Source: Candidatus Latescibacterota bacterium (GTDB lineage: Bacteria; Latescibacterota; UBA2968; UBA8231). Taken from it: a DNA stretch of 64,000 nt. Positions within the stretch are counted from its first letter, which is position 1, and each line of letters starts with the position of its first letter. This document shows, piece after piece, positions 47,382 to 57,557 of the stretch. The notes beneath the pieces are model-generated. The model ran no database searches, was not told the DNA's origin, and was given only the letters and a program-made list of their open reading frames with translations. The DNA lies in contig OZ253462.1 of assembly GCA_965261395.1 (NCBI GenBank), forward strand, positions 3,360,001-3,424,000. The letters run 5' to 3'. Both the position numbers and the translations under genes were made by a program.

Positions 47382-48311
47382 TTACGGTCTGCCCAGTCGA
47401 GAGACTATAGCGCATATATCAGTCATGAAGTCTGGCACCCAGGTTTTGGATATGGGAATTGCGTCCAAACCAAATTCAAGGATCCATTGCAGACAGTGGA
47501 CGCTCCAGCAGAGCCCGCCCATGTCAAGGTGCCAGTCTGTAACTTCCTCTTGTATTCCTTGATCTTTTAGCCCGGACCTGTAGGCACCGATTAGTGTCTC
47601 TCGGGAAATATGTTGGTCTTTCCCTTCGTTAATCAGGCAATAGAGATCTCCGAGGTGAGGGCTGATACGCGCATTTGCCCAATCGACGGGAACAAGGCGT
47701 CCGCTGACATTTAGAAGATTCTTGGCGTGATAGTCATTGTGATTCAGTGTAGGGGGAAGCTCTTGGTATAATCGGTCCAAGTGTCTTGAGAATGAATTGG
47801 CCTGTCTCCCCAAGGCATGAATCATTTCCCGGTGCTCCGAACCTGCGTGCTCAATCACATAGTCAAAGTCAAGCAGAAGTTGGTCTTTGGTCAGCAAGTG
47901 CCTTTGAAGATCAGAATCACTGATCTTGCCGATTCTGTCTGCAGAAGTCCGAATGTCCGCGAGCTTGCGGGCCGCCTCTAGGAAAGCTGACTTTGACGGC
48001 TGTTGTTCAAGGTCTGTACCTCTTAGATCCTCCATAAGCAGGATATACTCAGAATCGCTCGCATAGCTTGCGAAGACAGTCGGTGCATCTATGGCGAGAG
48101 GAATCAGGCACTCTTGGTAGATCTCCAACTCCGTAGGGCCTTTAGTGGGAATCCCTCGCTTGACGATTAGGGTGCGGTCCTCGTCGTCTAAAGCTAACCG
48201 GAACACTTGCGAAAGAGACCACTCCCTGAGAGGATCTACACCTGCGACTTTGGCAGGTTTGAGAGAGTCGGCAATCAACTCTAACCAATCAGGAAAACTA
48301 TTCGTGGTCAT
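47382..48311 (-). CDS. Aminoglycoside/choline phosphotransferase (APH) family kinase
   Basis: LLMEDL, HNDYHAKN, VDW; lower GC than flanks. Confidence 0.8.
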   Translation of the reverse strand: MTTNSFPDWLELIADSLKPAKVAGVDPLREWSLSQVFRLALDDEDRTLIVKRGIPTKGPTELEIYQECLIPLAIDAPTVFASYASDSEYILLMEDLRGTDLEQQPSKSAFLEAARKLADIRTSADRIGKISDSDLQRHLLTKDQLLLDFDYVIEHAGSEHREMIHALGRQANSFSRHLDRLYQELPPTLNHNDYHAKNLLNVSGRLVPVDWANARISPHLGDLYCLINEGKDQHISRETLIGAYRSGLKDQGIQEEVTDWHLDMGGLCWSVHCLQWILEFGLDAIPISKTWVPDFMTDICAIVSRLGRP

Positions 48312-48387
48312 CGTCTGTAACAGGAGCGAGACTGGCCCGATCTTTCAAGGACGTACTCAATGTACATGGCAATAACCCATTTCTGCA

Positions 48388-48426
48388 GCAAAAAAAGGGA
48401 AGGGCACGAGGCCCTTCCCCTTTTGC
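48388..48426 (-). terminator. Intrinsic terminator downstream of hsp20 (likely bidirectional)
   Basis: aaaaaaagggaagggc-acgag-gcccttccccttttg. Confidence 0.8.
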
Positions 48427-48441
48427 GCGTCTCAAGGCAGG

Positions 48442-48912
48442 CTAGCTGGTCTTGACTTCCACCTGGCGGACGACCTTCTTCGCCTCCTCCTTCTTGGGCA
48501 GGGTGATCGCCAAGACGCCGTTCTTGAACTTGGCTTCGATCTTCTCTGCCTCTACTCCATCGGGAAGGTGGAAGGCCCGCTCGAAGCGGCCGTAGATGCG
48601 CTCCTGGCGGAAGTACTTGCCTTCCTTTTCCTCGGTGTCGCTGGTCTTTTCGCCCCGCAGCACGAGGGATCCGTCGGCGACGGAGATTTCGATGTCCTTC
48701 TCCTCCAACCCCGGCAGTTCGGCCGAGATTTCGTAGGAGACGTCGTCTTCTCTGACGTCGATGCGCGGGGCGAAGGCGAAAGTCCCCCCGTTGCCAGTCA
48801 AAACGGGCATACGCGAGTCATCGCTAAAGAAGGCATCGAAGAGATTGTCGAACGGGCTGCGCCACGGGCGATTGCTGACGCGAGCGCTGGGTAGTAAGGT
48901 TTTGACGGCCAT
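48442..48912 (-). CDS. Small heat-shock protein Hsp20/alpha-crystallin
   Basis: P.IDVRE, AELPG, RQERIYGRFERAF.LP, A.FKNGVL.ITLPK. Confidence 0.95.
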   Translation of the reverse strand: MAVKTLLPSARVSNRPWRSPFDNLFDAFFSDDSRMPVLTGNGGTFAFAPRIDVREDDVSYEISAELPGLEEKDIEISVADGSLVLRGEKTSDTEEKEGKYFRQERIYGRFERAFHLPDGVEAEKIEAKFKNGVLAITLPKKEEAKKVVRQVEVKTS

Positions 48913-48968
48913 GATTTTTTCTCCTTGTTAAGTGGTGGTTGGTTCGTATGGCCTGCTCCCATTGTATC

Positions 48969-48983
48969 GCAAAAACCGTGCCA
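48969..48983 (-). promoter_or_regulatory. sigma-54 (-24/-12) promoter of hsp20
   Basis: Minus strand TGGCACGGTTTTTGC, exact GG-N10-GC spacing. Confidence 0.8.
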
Positions 48984-49162
48984 ACACTTTAAATTTTTAC
49001 ATATCTTGTTGTTATACATAGAGTTGAGAAGTTTTTGATGCAAAAAGGGACACTGTCCGTATTGTCAGCAGGGCCTAGAAAAATTGGCAGGCGTTGCACG
49101 AAATTGGCCGAAGTCCATGCCGTTATGGCACTCCGTCCTCGTAGCCATCGAAAGGAACCATT

Positions 49163-50506
49163 GTGATCGACTGGGAAGCTGTGCGCGCCGAAGTGACCGG
49201 GCATTTGCAGGCCCTCATCCGCATCGACACCACCAACCCCCCGGGCAACGAAAGCGAGGCCGCGCACTATCTCGAAGGCGTGCTGCGGCGGGAGGGCTTT
49301 GATCCGCTCTTCGTCGAGTCCGCGCCCGGGCGGGGCAATGTCCTCGCGCGGCTGGCTGGCGGCGACGAACCGTCACTCATGCTATTGGGACATACCGACG
49401 TGGTGGCCGTCGAGCCTGAACACTGGACCCACCCGCCCTTTTCCGGCGCGTTGGCCGACGGCTGCGTGTGGGGACGAGGCGCGTTGGATATGAAGAACAT
49501 GGTCGCGACGAATCTGATGGTTTTGCTGTTGCTGCAACGGGAAGGCGTCCAACTCAACCGCGACATCGTCTTCGCTGCCACCGCCGACGAGGAAGCGGGC
49601 AAAGGCAATCACGGGCCGGGGTGGATTATCGACAACCGACCAGAGCTGTGGGACGCGCCCCTGATCATCACCGAGGGCGGCGGCAGCGACTTCGCGGTCG
49701 GCGAACAGCGTTTTTACACCTGCCAGACCGGACAAAAGGGGCTGTGCCGGCTGCGCCTGATCGCCCGCGGAACGCCCGGACACGGCTCCATGCCGCACGG
49801 CGACAGCGCGATCATCAAGCTGTCCAGAGCACTAGCCGGCTTGGAAGGAGCCGTGTTCCCCGCGCACGTGTCCGCGAGCGTGCGCCGCTTTATAGAGGGG
49901 ATTGTCGGCCGCCGTCCGGCCGCCGAGGCCGCCCTTTGGCAGCAAGTCCTCGCCCCGGCGACCGCGGACGCCGCACTGCGCAACCTGCCCATCGGCAGCC
50001 CCTTGCGCCGCGAGTTGGGCGCGGTGCTGCACAACACCGCCTCGCCGACCATGGTGCAGGCCGGTTCCAAGATCAACGTGATTCCGGGAGAGGCGACCGC
50101 CTGGATCGATGGGCGCTTGGTGCCCGGACAGACGGCAGAGAGTTTCGCGGCCGAGCTGCGCGCATTTGTCGGCGATGAGGTCGCCATCGAGATCGATCAG
50201 TACACGCCGCCGTTGGAAGCGTCGTCCGACACCCCGCTCTTCCGCACGGTCGCGGCCGTGATGCAAGAGCGCGAGCCAGACGCACCAATGCTCCCCTATC
50301 TGATGCCGGCCGGCACCGATGCCAAGCACATTGTGCCGCGCCGTCCCGAAACGCAGATCTACGGCTTTATGCCCTATCGGCAACAGCCGGGCGAGGAGGA
50401 GATGGAACTGATCCACGGCCACGACGAGCGCACCTCCGTGCAAGAACTGCTCTTTGCAACGCAGGTGCTCTACGAAATCGTCTGCCGCTTTGGGGAAGTA
50501 AAGTAG
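49163..50506 (+). CDS. M20/M25/M40 metallo-hydrolase
   Basis: GHTDVV, WGRGALDMK, ADEE, TEGG, GHGS, GTD, HGHDER. Confidence 0.92.
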   Translation: MIDWEAVRAEVTGHLQALIRIDTTNPPGNESEAAHYLEGVLRREGFDPLFVESAPGRGNVLARLAGGDEPSLMLLGHTDVVAVEPEHWTHPPFSGALADGCVWGRGALDMKNMVATNLMVLLLLQREGVQLNRDIVFAATADEEAGKGNHGPGWIIDNRPELWDAPLIITEGGGSDFAVGEQRFYTCQTGQKGLCRLRLIARGTPGHGSMPHGDSAIIKLSRALAGLEGAVFPAHVSASVRRFIEGIVGRRPAAEAALWQQVLAPATADAALRNLPIGSPLRRELGAVLHNTASPTMVQAGSKINVIPGEATAWIDGRLVPGQTAESFAAELRAFVGDEVAIEIDQYTPPLEASSDTPLFRTVAAVMQEREPDAPMLPYLMPAGTDAKHIVPRRPETQIYGFMPYRQQPGEEEMELIHGHDERTSVQELLFATQVLYEIVCRFGEVK

Positions 50507-50508
50507 CG

Positions 50509-51009
50509 CTAGCTCGGATCGACGACGGCGACGCCATCGCGCACTTCGATAACCAGTACGCGATGGCCGGGGTTGAGGGGGCCTTGTGCGTTGGCCTGGC
50601 GCGCCAACAGTTCGATGGTGCGCCCTTGGACGGTAGCGGAAATTTTGCCGGTGCTACCCGGGGCGATGGGGACGGTGACTTCGGCTTCGATGCCGATCAA
50701 GTCGTCGCCCTCCAGCGAACTGTCGGCGCTTGATCCGCTCAGCCGGCCCAGCATCCAGTCGCCCAACAAGGAGCAGACTACGCCGGTGCCCAGCGCCGTG
50801 AACAACACAGCACTCGGACCCATCAGCAGGCTGCCGAGCATCCCGGCCAAACCAAAGAAGAAGGCAAAAAAGAAGAACAGCCGCAGCCGCAAAAAGGCCA
50901 GCGCTTGCAGGCCGTCGCTCACGCCATCACCGTCCCCGCCAAACAGCGAAGCACCAACGGCGATCCCCCCGACGATCAGCCCGCTCAAATACAGATAAAG
51001 GGGATCCAC
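50509..51009 (-). CDS. NfeD-like membrane protein
   Basis: Three TMs plus C-terminal OB-fold pattern; downstream of flotillin. Confidence 0.75.
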   Translation of the reverse strand: MDPLYLYLSGLIVGGIAVGASLFGGDGDGVSDGLQALAFLRLRLFFFFAFFFGLAGMLGSLLMGPSAVLFTALGTGVVCSLLGDWMLGRLSGSSADSSLEGDDLIGIEAEVTVPIAPGSTGKISATVQGRTIELLARQANAQGPLNPGHRVLVIEVRDGVAVVDPS

Positions 51010-51010
51010 G

Positions 51011-52291
51011 CTACCCTTCCTGCGTCGGGAGCTGGCCGTCGGCCTTGTCGCCGATGACCGAGGCCAGATCGATGCCGGTGGTGGCCTTGATGCTCTCGAA
51101 GAGCGCAGGGGCTAGCCCCCCGATCTGGCTGACGACCGCTGGCAGGCCGCTCTGATCGCCGTTGCCAGAACCGACGACGGCGAGGTGGTCAATCTTGATG
51201 TCCTTGGCCATGGCGGTGATTTGCTCGACCAAGTTCGGCAGCATCTGGATCAACAACAGCTCCTTGCCATTGGGGCCAGCGATGGTCCAGACTTCGCTCT
51301 TCTGTTTGAGCACCTCGATCTCGGCGAGGCCATTTTCGAGGATGTTGGCCGCCTCGCCCTTGGCGCGCAATTCGGCAGCGTCGCGATCGGCGCGGGCCGG
51401 CTCAATGATCTCGATTTCGAGCCGGCGCTTTTGCAGCGCTAGGCGCTCCTGCTCAACCTGCTGCTCGGCCTGGACTTCGGCTTTGCGGGCAATTTGCGCG
51501 GCGCGCTTCTCGGCAGCCAAGCCCTCGCCTTCCAGCTCGGCCTTGCGGACGCGGAGCAAGTTTTGCGCATCGACGATCTGGACTTGGGCCTCGGCGTCGG
51601 CGACTTCGCCGCGACGGCGGGCCTCGGCGGATTTCTCCTGTGATTCGGCGCGGTTTTCCGCCTCGGCGACTTCCGCCTCTTTGAGGATCGAGGCGGTGCT
51701 CCGGCGGCCGATAGCGTCGAGATAGCCGACATCATCGGAGACGTTCTGGATTTTGAGCGTGTCGAGCACTAGGCCCAACTTCTGCAGATCGACGTCGGCC
51801 TCGTCGATGAGCGATCCGGCGAATTTGAGGCGGTCCTCGTTGACTTCTTCGGGGGTCAGCGTAGCGAGGACACCGCGCAGGTTGCCTTCGAGGGTATCTT
51901 TGGCAATGTCCTGAACTTCGTTGAGCTGGATGCCCAGGAATCGCTCTAGCGCGTTGCCGAGCAGCGGCTCGTCGCCGGCAATTTTGATATTGGCGATGCC
52001 TTGCACCGACAGCGGGATGCCGCCTTTGGAGTACGCGTTGGCGATCGATAATTCGAGGGGGATCGTGCGCAAGTCGAGGCGATCGACCTTTTCGAGGAGC
52101 GGGATGCGGAAGGCGCGGCCTCCCTTAATCACGCGGTAGCCCACCGCACGCCCATCGGCCGTCTGGCGTTTGCGGCCCGAGAAAATGATGACTTCGTTGG
52201 GCTGGCAGATAAAGAGGTTCGTCCTGACGATGACGATCACCAAGACGAGCAACACAGCGAAAACTAGGGCAAAGGTCAGAAGCATTTCCAT
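51011..52291 (-). CDS. Flotillin/SPFH-domain protein
   Basis: N-terminal TM, LEGNLRGVLATLTPEE, D...YL.A.G, Ala/Glu coiled coil. Confidence 0.9.
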   Translation of the reverse strand: MEMLLTFALVFAVLLVLVIVIVRTNLFICQPNEVIIFSGRKRQTADGRAVGYRVIKGGRAFRIPLLEKVDRLDLRTIPLELSIANAYSKGGIPLSVQGIANIKIAGDEPLLGNALERFLGIQLNEVQDIAKDTLEGNLRGVLATLTPEEVNEDRLKFAGSLIDEADVDLQKLGLVLDTLKIQNVSDDVGYLDAIGRRSTASILKEAEVAEAENRAESQEKSAEARRRGEVADAEAQVQIVDAQNLLRVRKAELEGEGLAAEKRAAQIARKAEVQAEQQVEQERLALQKRRLEIEIIEPARADRDAAELRAKGEAANILENGLAEIEVLKQKSEVWTIAGPNGKELLLIQMLPNLVEQITAMAKDIKIDHLAVVGSGNGDQSGLPAVVSQIGGLAPALFESIKATTGIDLASVIGDKADGQLPTQEG

Positions 52292-52317
52292 CTGGCACCT
52301 CCACAGGTTGGTTTGTG

Positions 52318-52345
52318 GTAGGGGCGACCGGCCGGTCGCCCCTAC
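52318..52345. repeat. REP-like perfect 28-bp palindrome (GTAG type)
   Basis: gtaggggcgaccggccggtcgcccctac, intergenic. Confidence 0.8.
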
Positions 52346-52363
52346 GTAACGTCAGTTAGCAAT

Positions 52364-53824
52364 CTAATACGCGCCTTTAATTCTCCCAAACCACCCGCGC
52401 AACGGATCGCCCAATTCCTCCATGTAGCGGCCCATCCGCTCCATCAGGTCTTGGCGCACGGCTTCATAAGCCGGATCGCCATATACGTTGTCTAGCTGAT
52501 AGGGGTCGCGTTGCAAGTCGTACAGCTCGCCCGGGTCGCCCGAATTAAAGGTGAACTGATGGGTGCGGGTGCGGACCATGCGCTGGTTGGCGACCGTAAA
52601 ATGGCGGTCGAACACGCAGTACACTTCCTCGCGCCCGTTCGCAAATGGGCGTCCCTCGATGGCCGGGAGAAAGGACTGGCCGTCGAGGTCGGATGGAACT
52701 TCGAGACCAGCGGCGTCGAGCGCCGAGAGCATGATTTCCTGCAAATAGACGAACTCGTCGCAGGCCGTGCCGGGAGCCTCGCAGTCGGGATGGGCGATGA
52801 CGAGTGGAATGCGATAGATCTCGTCGTACATGAACTCGCCCTTCTCGATCAGCTTGTGCGCGCCGAGGCAGTCGCCGTGATCGGCGGTATAGACGATGAT
52901 GGTGTTGTCGAGGACGCCCAGTTGTTCCAAGTGAGCCACCACCCGGCCGACCATGTCGTCAATCAAGGTGCAATGCCCAAAGTAGCGGGCGGCGATTTCC
53001 TGAAAGCCCTCCCAACCATAGTCCCCCAACCCCCACAGCCGTTCGATTAACTGCTGACGATAGGGTTTTTTCTCAAAGGTCTCGGCGTACCCAGGATGTT
53101 CGGGAATGGCCTTTGGATCGTACATGGAAAAGTACGGCTCCGGCACCAGCGAGGGACTGTGCGGCCCCCAGAAGTTGGCCCAGAGGAAAAAGGGCTGCTC
53201 ATCGGTGGCCACTTCGTCGAGGACGCGAATGGCCTCCTCGGCGACAAAATACTCAATGCACGACTCGACCGGCCCCTCGTGCAATGCGAACATCTCCTGA
53301 GCCTGATTCGAGGGGTTGGTGCCGACAAAGCGGTGCGAGACCGTCGGCGGCGGGTCAAAGCCGCGCTCCTTGAGATAATCGGCATACGGGTTGTGTCCCC
53401 TCGGCTTGGCCCCGAACTGCAAGCCGGGCAGCAGGTTGCCCCCCGGAAAGGCGTAGCCCATGAAGTCCTGGCCCGTGAACCCGTAGCCCGTCGGGCCGGT
53501 CTGCTCATCCACGTGCCACTTGCCAGCGTATCCGCAGCGATAGCCGACCTCATCCAGATAGTGATTTAATCCGCTCACGCCCTCGCGCAGGCACAGACCG
53601 TTGGCCGTGACCCCGTGCTTGTGCGGGTAGAGGCCCGTGTAAAAGGAAGCGCGGGCCGGCGAGCAGATCGCAGTCGGCGTGAAGGCCGAGTCAAAGCGAA
53701 TGCCGCGCGCGGCCAAGGCGTCGATGTGCGGCGTCTGGCACACCTTGTTAAGCCCATAGCAACTGACGGTGTCGAGCCGCTGCTGGTCGGACATCAAGAC
53801 GACGACATTAGGTTGCTTAGCCAT
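52364..53824 (-). CDS. Sulfatase (formylglycine-dependent)
   Basis: PNVV..MSDQ, CSPARASFYTG, GKWH, GPH, ADHG, ELYDL..DP. Confidence 0.93.
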   Translation of the reverse strand: MAKQPNVVVLMSDQQRLDTVSCYGLNKVCQTPHIDALAARGIRFDSAFTPTAICSPARASFYTGLYPHKHGVTANGLCLREGVSGLNHYLDEVGYRCGYAGKWHVDEQTGPTGYGFTGQDFMGYAFPGGNLLPGLQFGAKPRGHNPYADYLKERGFDPPPTVSHRFVGTNPSNQAQEMFALHEGPVESCIEYFVAEEAIRVLDEVATDEQPFFLWANFWGPHSPSLVPEPYFSMYDPKAIPEHPGYAETFEKKPYRQQLIERLWGLGDYGWEGFQEIAARYFGHCTLIDDMVGRVVAHLEQLGVLDNTIIVYTADHGDCLGAHKLIEKGEFMYDEIYRIPLVIAHPDCEAPGTACDEFVYLQEIMLSALDAAGLEVPSDLDGQSFLPAIEGRPFANGREEVYCVFDRHFTVANQRMVRTRTHQFTFNSGDPGELYDLQRDPYQLDNVYGDPAYEAVRQDLMERMGRYMEELGDPLRGWFGRIKGAY

Positions 53825-54793
53825 TTAGCGCTTCTCGCTGCGCAAATCCAGCCACGCCATCTCCGCCTCAGTGAGCGGGTTGTCGAGTGCTTGGATGTTC
53901 GCCGCGATCTCATCGCCGCTCATGCTGCCGACCAAAGCGTAGATGTCGAGTGGATAGCTGAGCACGTACGACAAGGCGATCTGCGGCACCGACAGCCCCT
54001 TTTCTTGCGCCAGTGCCCACGCTCGGTCGAGCCGCTTGAAGTTGTCTTCGCAGTAGTACGATTTGGGCATGGTGCCGTCGAATTGGTCGCGCACTTGTTC
54101 GGCGTTGGCGCGGGTAACTTTGCCTGAGAAAAAGCCTCGAGCCACGCTCGACCAAGTAAAAAGCGGCATGTCGTGCGCCGCGTACCACGCGCGGGCGGCG
54201 GCTTGGCTCGGGCCGGCAATCGACAGGCAATCCTTCCACGGCTCGGCGATCTGATCGGCCAAGCTGAAGTTCGGGCTGGAGGCGGCAAAGGGCACCAGCC
54301 CGCGTTTATTCGCGTATTCGTTGGCCTCGGCTAATCGCTCCGGCGTCCAATTCGAGCCACCGAAGGCGTGGATGCGACCGGCCGCGTGGTGCTCGTTGAG
54401 CGCCTCGACAATGGGACCGACCAGCACTGCCGGATCGTCTCGGTGCAAAAGGTAGAGGTCGATGTAGTCGGAGCGCAGCCGCACTAGCGAGTCGGCCATG
54501 TCCGAGGCGATGTCGTACGGGGTGACGCGGTTGCGGTCCTGGTTGAGGTGGGCGCCCTTGCCAATGATGACGATTTCATCGCGGTTACCCCTTTCCTCCA
54601 TCCACAGCCCGAGCATGCGATCCACTTCGCCGCCGCCGTAGCCGTGAGCCGAGTCATACGTAGTGATGCCGACCTGCCGAGCGGCGTCGAGCAGGGCGAA
54701 GCCTTCTTCCTTGTGGCTGCGATTGAGCATGATGGAGCCTTGAACTATGCGCGAGATCTTCTTTTTGATGCCTTGTAGGTTGCCGTATTGCAC
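53825..54793 (-). CDS. Aldo/keto reductase
   Basis: YDSAHGYG, YIDLYLLHRDD, FGGSNW. Confidence 0.92.
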   Translation of the reverse strand: MQYGNLQGIKKKISRIVQGSIMLNRSHKEEGFALLDAARQVGITTYDSAHGYGGGEVDRMLGLWMEERGNRDEIVIIGKGAHLNQDRNRVTPYDIASDMADSLVRLRSDYIDLYLLHRDDPAVLVGPIVEALNEHHAAGRIHAFGGSNWTPERLAEANEYANKRGLVPFAASSPNFSLADQIAEPWKDCLSIAGPSQAAARAWYAAHDMPLFTWSSVARGFFSGKVTRANAEQVRDQFDGTMPKSYYCEDNFKRLDRAWALAQEKGLSVPQIALSYVLSYPLDIYALVGSMSGDEIAANIQALDNPLTEAEMAWLDLRSEKR

Positions 54794-54807
54794 GAGTATT
54801 TTCCTTT

Positions 54808-55791
54808 CTATTCCATTGGGTATTTAAGGCCGATCTGAGCGCGGATTTCGTCGAGGATCCGCATCAGTGCCACGGTTTCGTCGAGCGGCATGACCGCGCT
54901 TTCAGTCAGACCTTGGCCGAGACAGCGGGCGACTTCTTGTGCTTCGTAGTTGTAGCCATTGCCCGCCAAGGGCAATTCGATGCGCTCTTCGCGGCCCCCG
55001 GCTATGAGCGTGGCACTTTCGCCCTTCCACCACGCCGGGTCAATGGCAATCGTCCCCTCGCTGCCGACGATGCGGGCCTCGTGCGGGGTCGTGGCACGGA
55101 TGGCACAAGAGAGGTTGGCGATGGCTCCGCTGCTATAGCGGAGCACGATGCCGGTTTGCTCGTCAACGCCGGTTTCGCCGAGGTGCGCGGCCGCGGCGAC
55201 CTGGGCTGGTTGCGACCCGAGCACCATCGCCGCAAAGGAGACGACGTAGATGCCGATGTCGAGCAGGGCACCGCCGCCCAAAGCGGGATTGAAGAGCCGG
55301 CCAGCGGGATTGACGCCAGCGCGAAAACCAAAGTCAGCGCTGACCATCAGCGGCTCGCCGATAGCACCGGCGTCGAGCCACTGGCGCACCTGCACCATGA
55401 TGGGCAGGTAGCGGGACCACATGGCCTCCATCAGCAAGACGCCCTTGGCGCGAGCACAGGCGACGACGGCTTCGGCCTCGGCGGCGTTGATGGTAAAGGG
55501 CTTCTCGCAGAGCACGGCCTTGCCGGCTTCGAGGCAGAGGATCGCATTGTCTTGGTGGAAGGGATGAGGGGTGGCCACGTACACCGCGTCGATATCGGGA
55601 TCGGTGCTGAGGGCCTCGTACGAGGCGTGGCGGTTGGGGGCACCGTACTGGTCTGCAAAGGCGTCGGCACGCTGCTGGTCGCGCGAGCCAACGGCGACCA
55701 ACTCTCCTGCGGGAGTGGCCTGGAGGCCGCCGGCGAATTTGTGGGCAATGCTGCCCGGGCCGAGAATGCCCCAGCGGATGGGTTCGGTCAT
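54808..55791 (-). CDS. Gfo/Idh/MocA oxidoreductase
   Basis: WGILGPG.IA, YVATP, VLCEKP, GGGALLDIG.Y. Confidence 0.93.
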   Translation of the reverse strand: MTEPIRWGILGPGSIAHKFAGGLQATPAGELVAVGSRDQQRADAFADQYGAPNRHASYEALSTDPDIDAVYVATPHPFHQDNAILCLEAGKAVLCEKPFTINAAEAEAVVACARAKGVLLMEAMWSRYLPIMVQVRQWLDAGAIGEPLMVSADFGFRAGVNPAGRLFNPALGGGALLDIGIYVVSFAAMVLGSQPAQVAAAAHLGETGVDEQTGIVLRYSSGAIANLSCAIRATTPHEARIVGSEGTIAIDPAWWKGESATLIAGGREERIELPLAGNGYNYEAQEVARCLGQGLTESAVMPLDETVALMRILDEIRAQIGLKYPME

Positions 55792-56054
55792 GGACGCTCC
55801 TATTGAGACGAATTACGAATCGGGCTGATGGAAAAAATAAGTGAGGGTATAGTTTGGCAGTGCGCAGGAAAGGCGTCAACCTAGCTTTGAGCGGCAAAGG
55901 CGCGGGCGTTTTGGCAGAGCTTCAGCCACGGCGCGATTTTAGCAGAACGCACTCGATCTTCCTATATTTTTTAAAACGGTTTCACCTCTCCATCTCTCGG
56001 GCACAAATCGCCTTGTGAAATCGTTTCTCGCACCCCCTTCTTCGGCAGGTTGCC

Positions 56055-57527
56055 ATGAGGCGTGGCCTCAGCTTGTGGTCGCTTATCCTGGTTGCAGCAT
56101 GCGCGTCGGAGCAACAGCCTCCCGACGGGCCCGGTGGGCAGACGGTCTCTATCCAAGAAGGCGAGCGCCTGAATAATCGCGGGGTCCGCTTGCTGCACAA
56201 CGGACGTCCCCGCAGCGCTCTGGTAGCCTTCCACCAAGCCGTGGAAATACTGCCCGACTCGGCAGAAATCCATTTAAACATGGGTTTGGCATACGCACAA
56301 TTGAAACAGTATCCGGAAGCTATCGCGGCTTTTGAAAAGGCCGATGTGCTGCATCTTCCCAATCCCGATGACTTGTTCTTCTCCCTTGGTATGGCCCTAT
56401 ATGCCCAGCGCCGCTATGGGAGTGCGATCGAAAGGTTTCAGCAGGCCTTTGAACTAGCACCCAAACGGCCCGAATACTCCTTTCACCTCGGCGAGAGCAA
56501 AAGATCTATTGGCGATCTTGACGGTGCCATAAAGGCCTATGAGGAGACCATACGTCTGGAGCAAGGACATGTACAAGCCCATTACTATCGCGGCTTATTG
56601 CTGGCGTACAGCAACCAACCGGATTCGGCTGCAACTAGCTTCAGGCGCGTCCTAGAGTTAGACCCAGAGCATGTCTCCGCCCACCTGGGCCTGGGAAAAG
56701 TCTACACCGAGCAGGGGCGCTATCAGGAAGCCATAGAGATCCTGCAACAAGGTGCGAATCTGGAGCCGAGGAATACCAGTATCCACTTCACCTTGAGCCA
56801 AGCCTACCTAAAAGCCGGACAACCTCGGCAAAGAGAGTCCGCTCTAAAGACGTTTCAACAGCTCGACAATGCGGCAAAGCACTTCGACCAGGGGAAACGC
56901 TATGCCAGCCAGGGGGCCTGGGCCTTGGCGGCCTCCTCACTGAGTCGGGCCATTCAGATAGATTCCTCTTTTGTCGAGCCCTATTTCACCTTGGGCAAAG
57001 TGCACTTACAGCAAGAAATGCCCGGGCCGGCCATTTTGCCGCTGCAGCAGGCCATTGCTCTAGATCCACAAAATCCAGAACCTCACAACCTCTTGGGCAA
57101 TATCTACTTGATGCAGGATGATCCTGTGGCGGCCCGGCAGTCCTATTTGCAGGCTCTGCGTCTCGAACCGGAATCCGCCCAAGCGTTCTACGGCCTAGGC
57201 CGCGCTAGTCTTCTCCTCAAAGATCTGCCAGCAGCCACCCGCGCCTTTAGCCGGGCCCTGGCCAGTGAACCAGAATACAGAGACGCCTATTATCATCTTG
57301 GACTCGCCTACGCCGGACAACGGCGCTATCGCCAAGCCGTCACTTGCTTCCGGGAAACCGTGGTGATTGATCCCTCCTATTCGGAAGCCTATTATGCCTT
57401 GGGCTTGGCCTTGGCCGAACAAAAAGACCATGCCAGCGCCAAGGAGGCCATAGAAAAAGCGCTCGAGTTGAGACCGGACTATTCCGCAGCCCAAGCCATC
57501 CTGAAAGAACTAGAGCGAGATCTGTAA
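56055..57527 (+). CDS. TPR-repeat lipoprotein
   Basis: Lipobox VAAC; about 12 34-aa TPR units. Confidence 0.88.
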   Translation: MRRGLSLWSLILVAACASEQQPPDGPGGQTVSIQEGERLNNRGVRLLHNGRPRSALVAFHQAVEILPDSAEIHLNMGLAYAQLKQYPEAIAAFEKADVLHLPNPDDLFFSLGMALYAQRRYGSAIERFQQAFELAPKRPEYSFHLGESKRSIGDLDGAIKAYEETIRLEQGHVQAHYYRGLLLAYSNQPDSAATSFRRVLELDPEHVSAHLGLGKVYTEQGRYQEAIEILQQGANLEPRNTSIHFTLSQAYLKAGQPRQRESALKTFQQLDNAAKHFDQGKRYASQGAWALAASSLSRAIQIDSSFVEPYFTLGKVHLQQEMPGPAILPLQQAIALDPQNPEPHNLLGNIYLMQDDPVAARQSYLQALRLEPESAQAFYGLGRASLLLKDLPAATRAFSRALASEPEYRDAYYHLGLAYAGQRRYRQAVTCFRETVVIDPSYSEAYYALGLALAEQKDHASAKEAIEKALELRPDYSAAQAILKELERDL

Positions 57528-57557
57528 GAGCCGTCTAAAAATTCCGCATGGCTAGGC

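Noticed and set aside
47382-48311. Antibiotic-resistance call for the APH-family gene
   Set aside because: Only generic kinase motifs are present; the family includes many non-resistance small-molecule kinases
49085-49098. Second sigma-54-like motif TGGCAGGCGTTGCA on + strand
   Set aside because: GG-N8-GC spacing, not the obligatory N10
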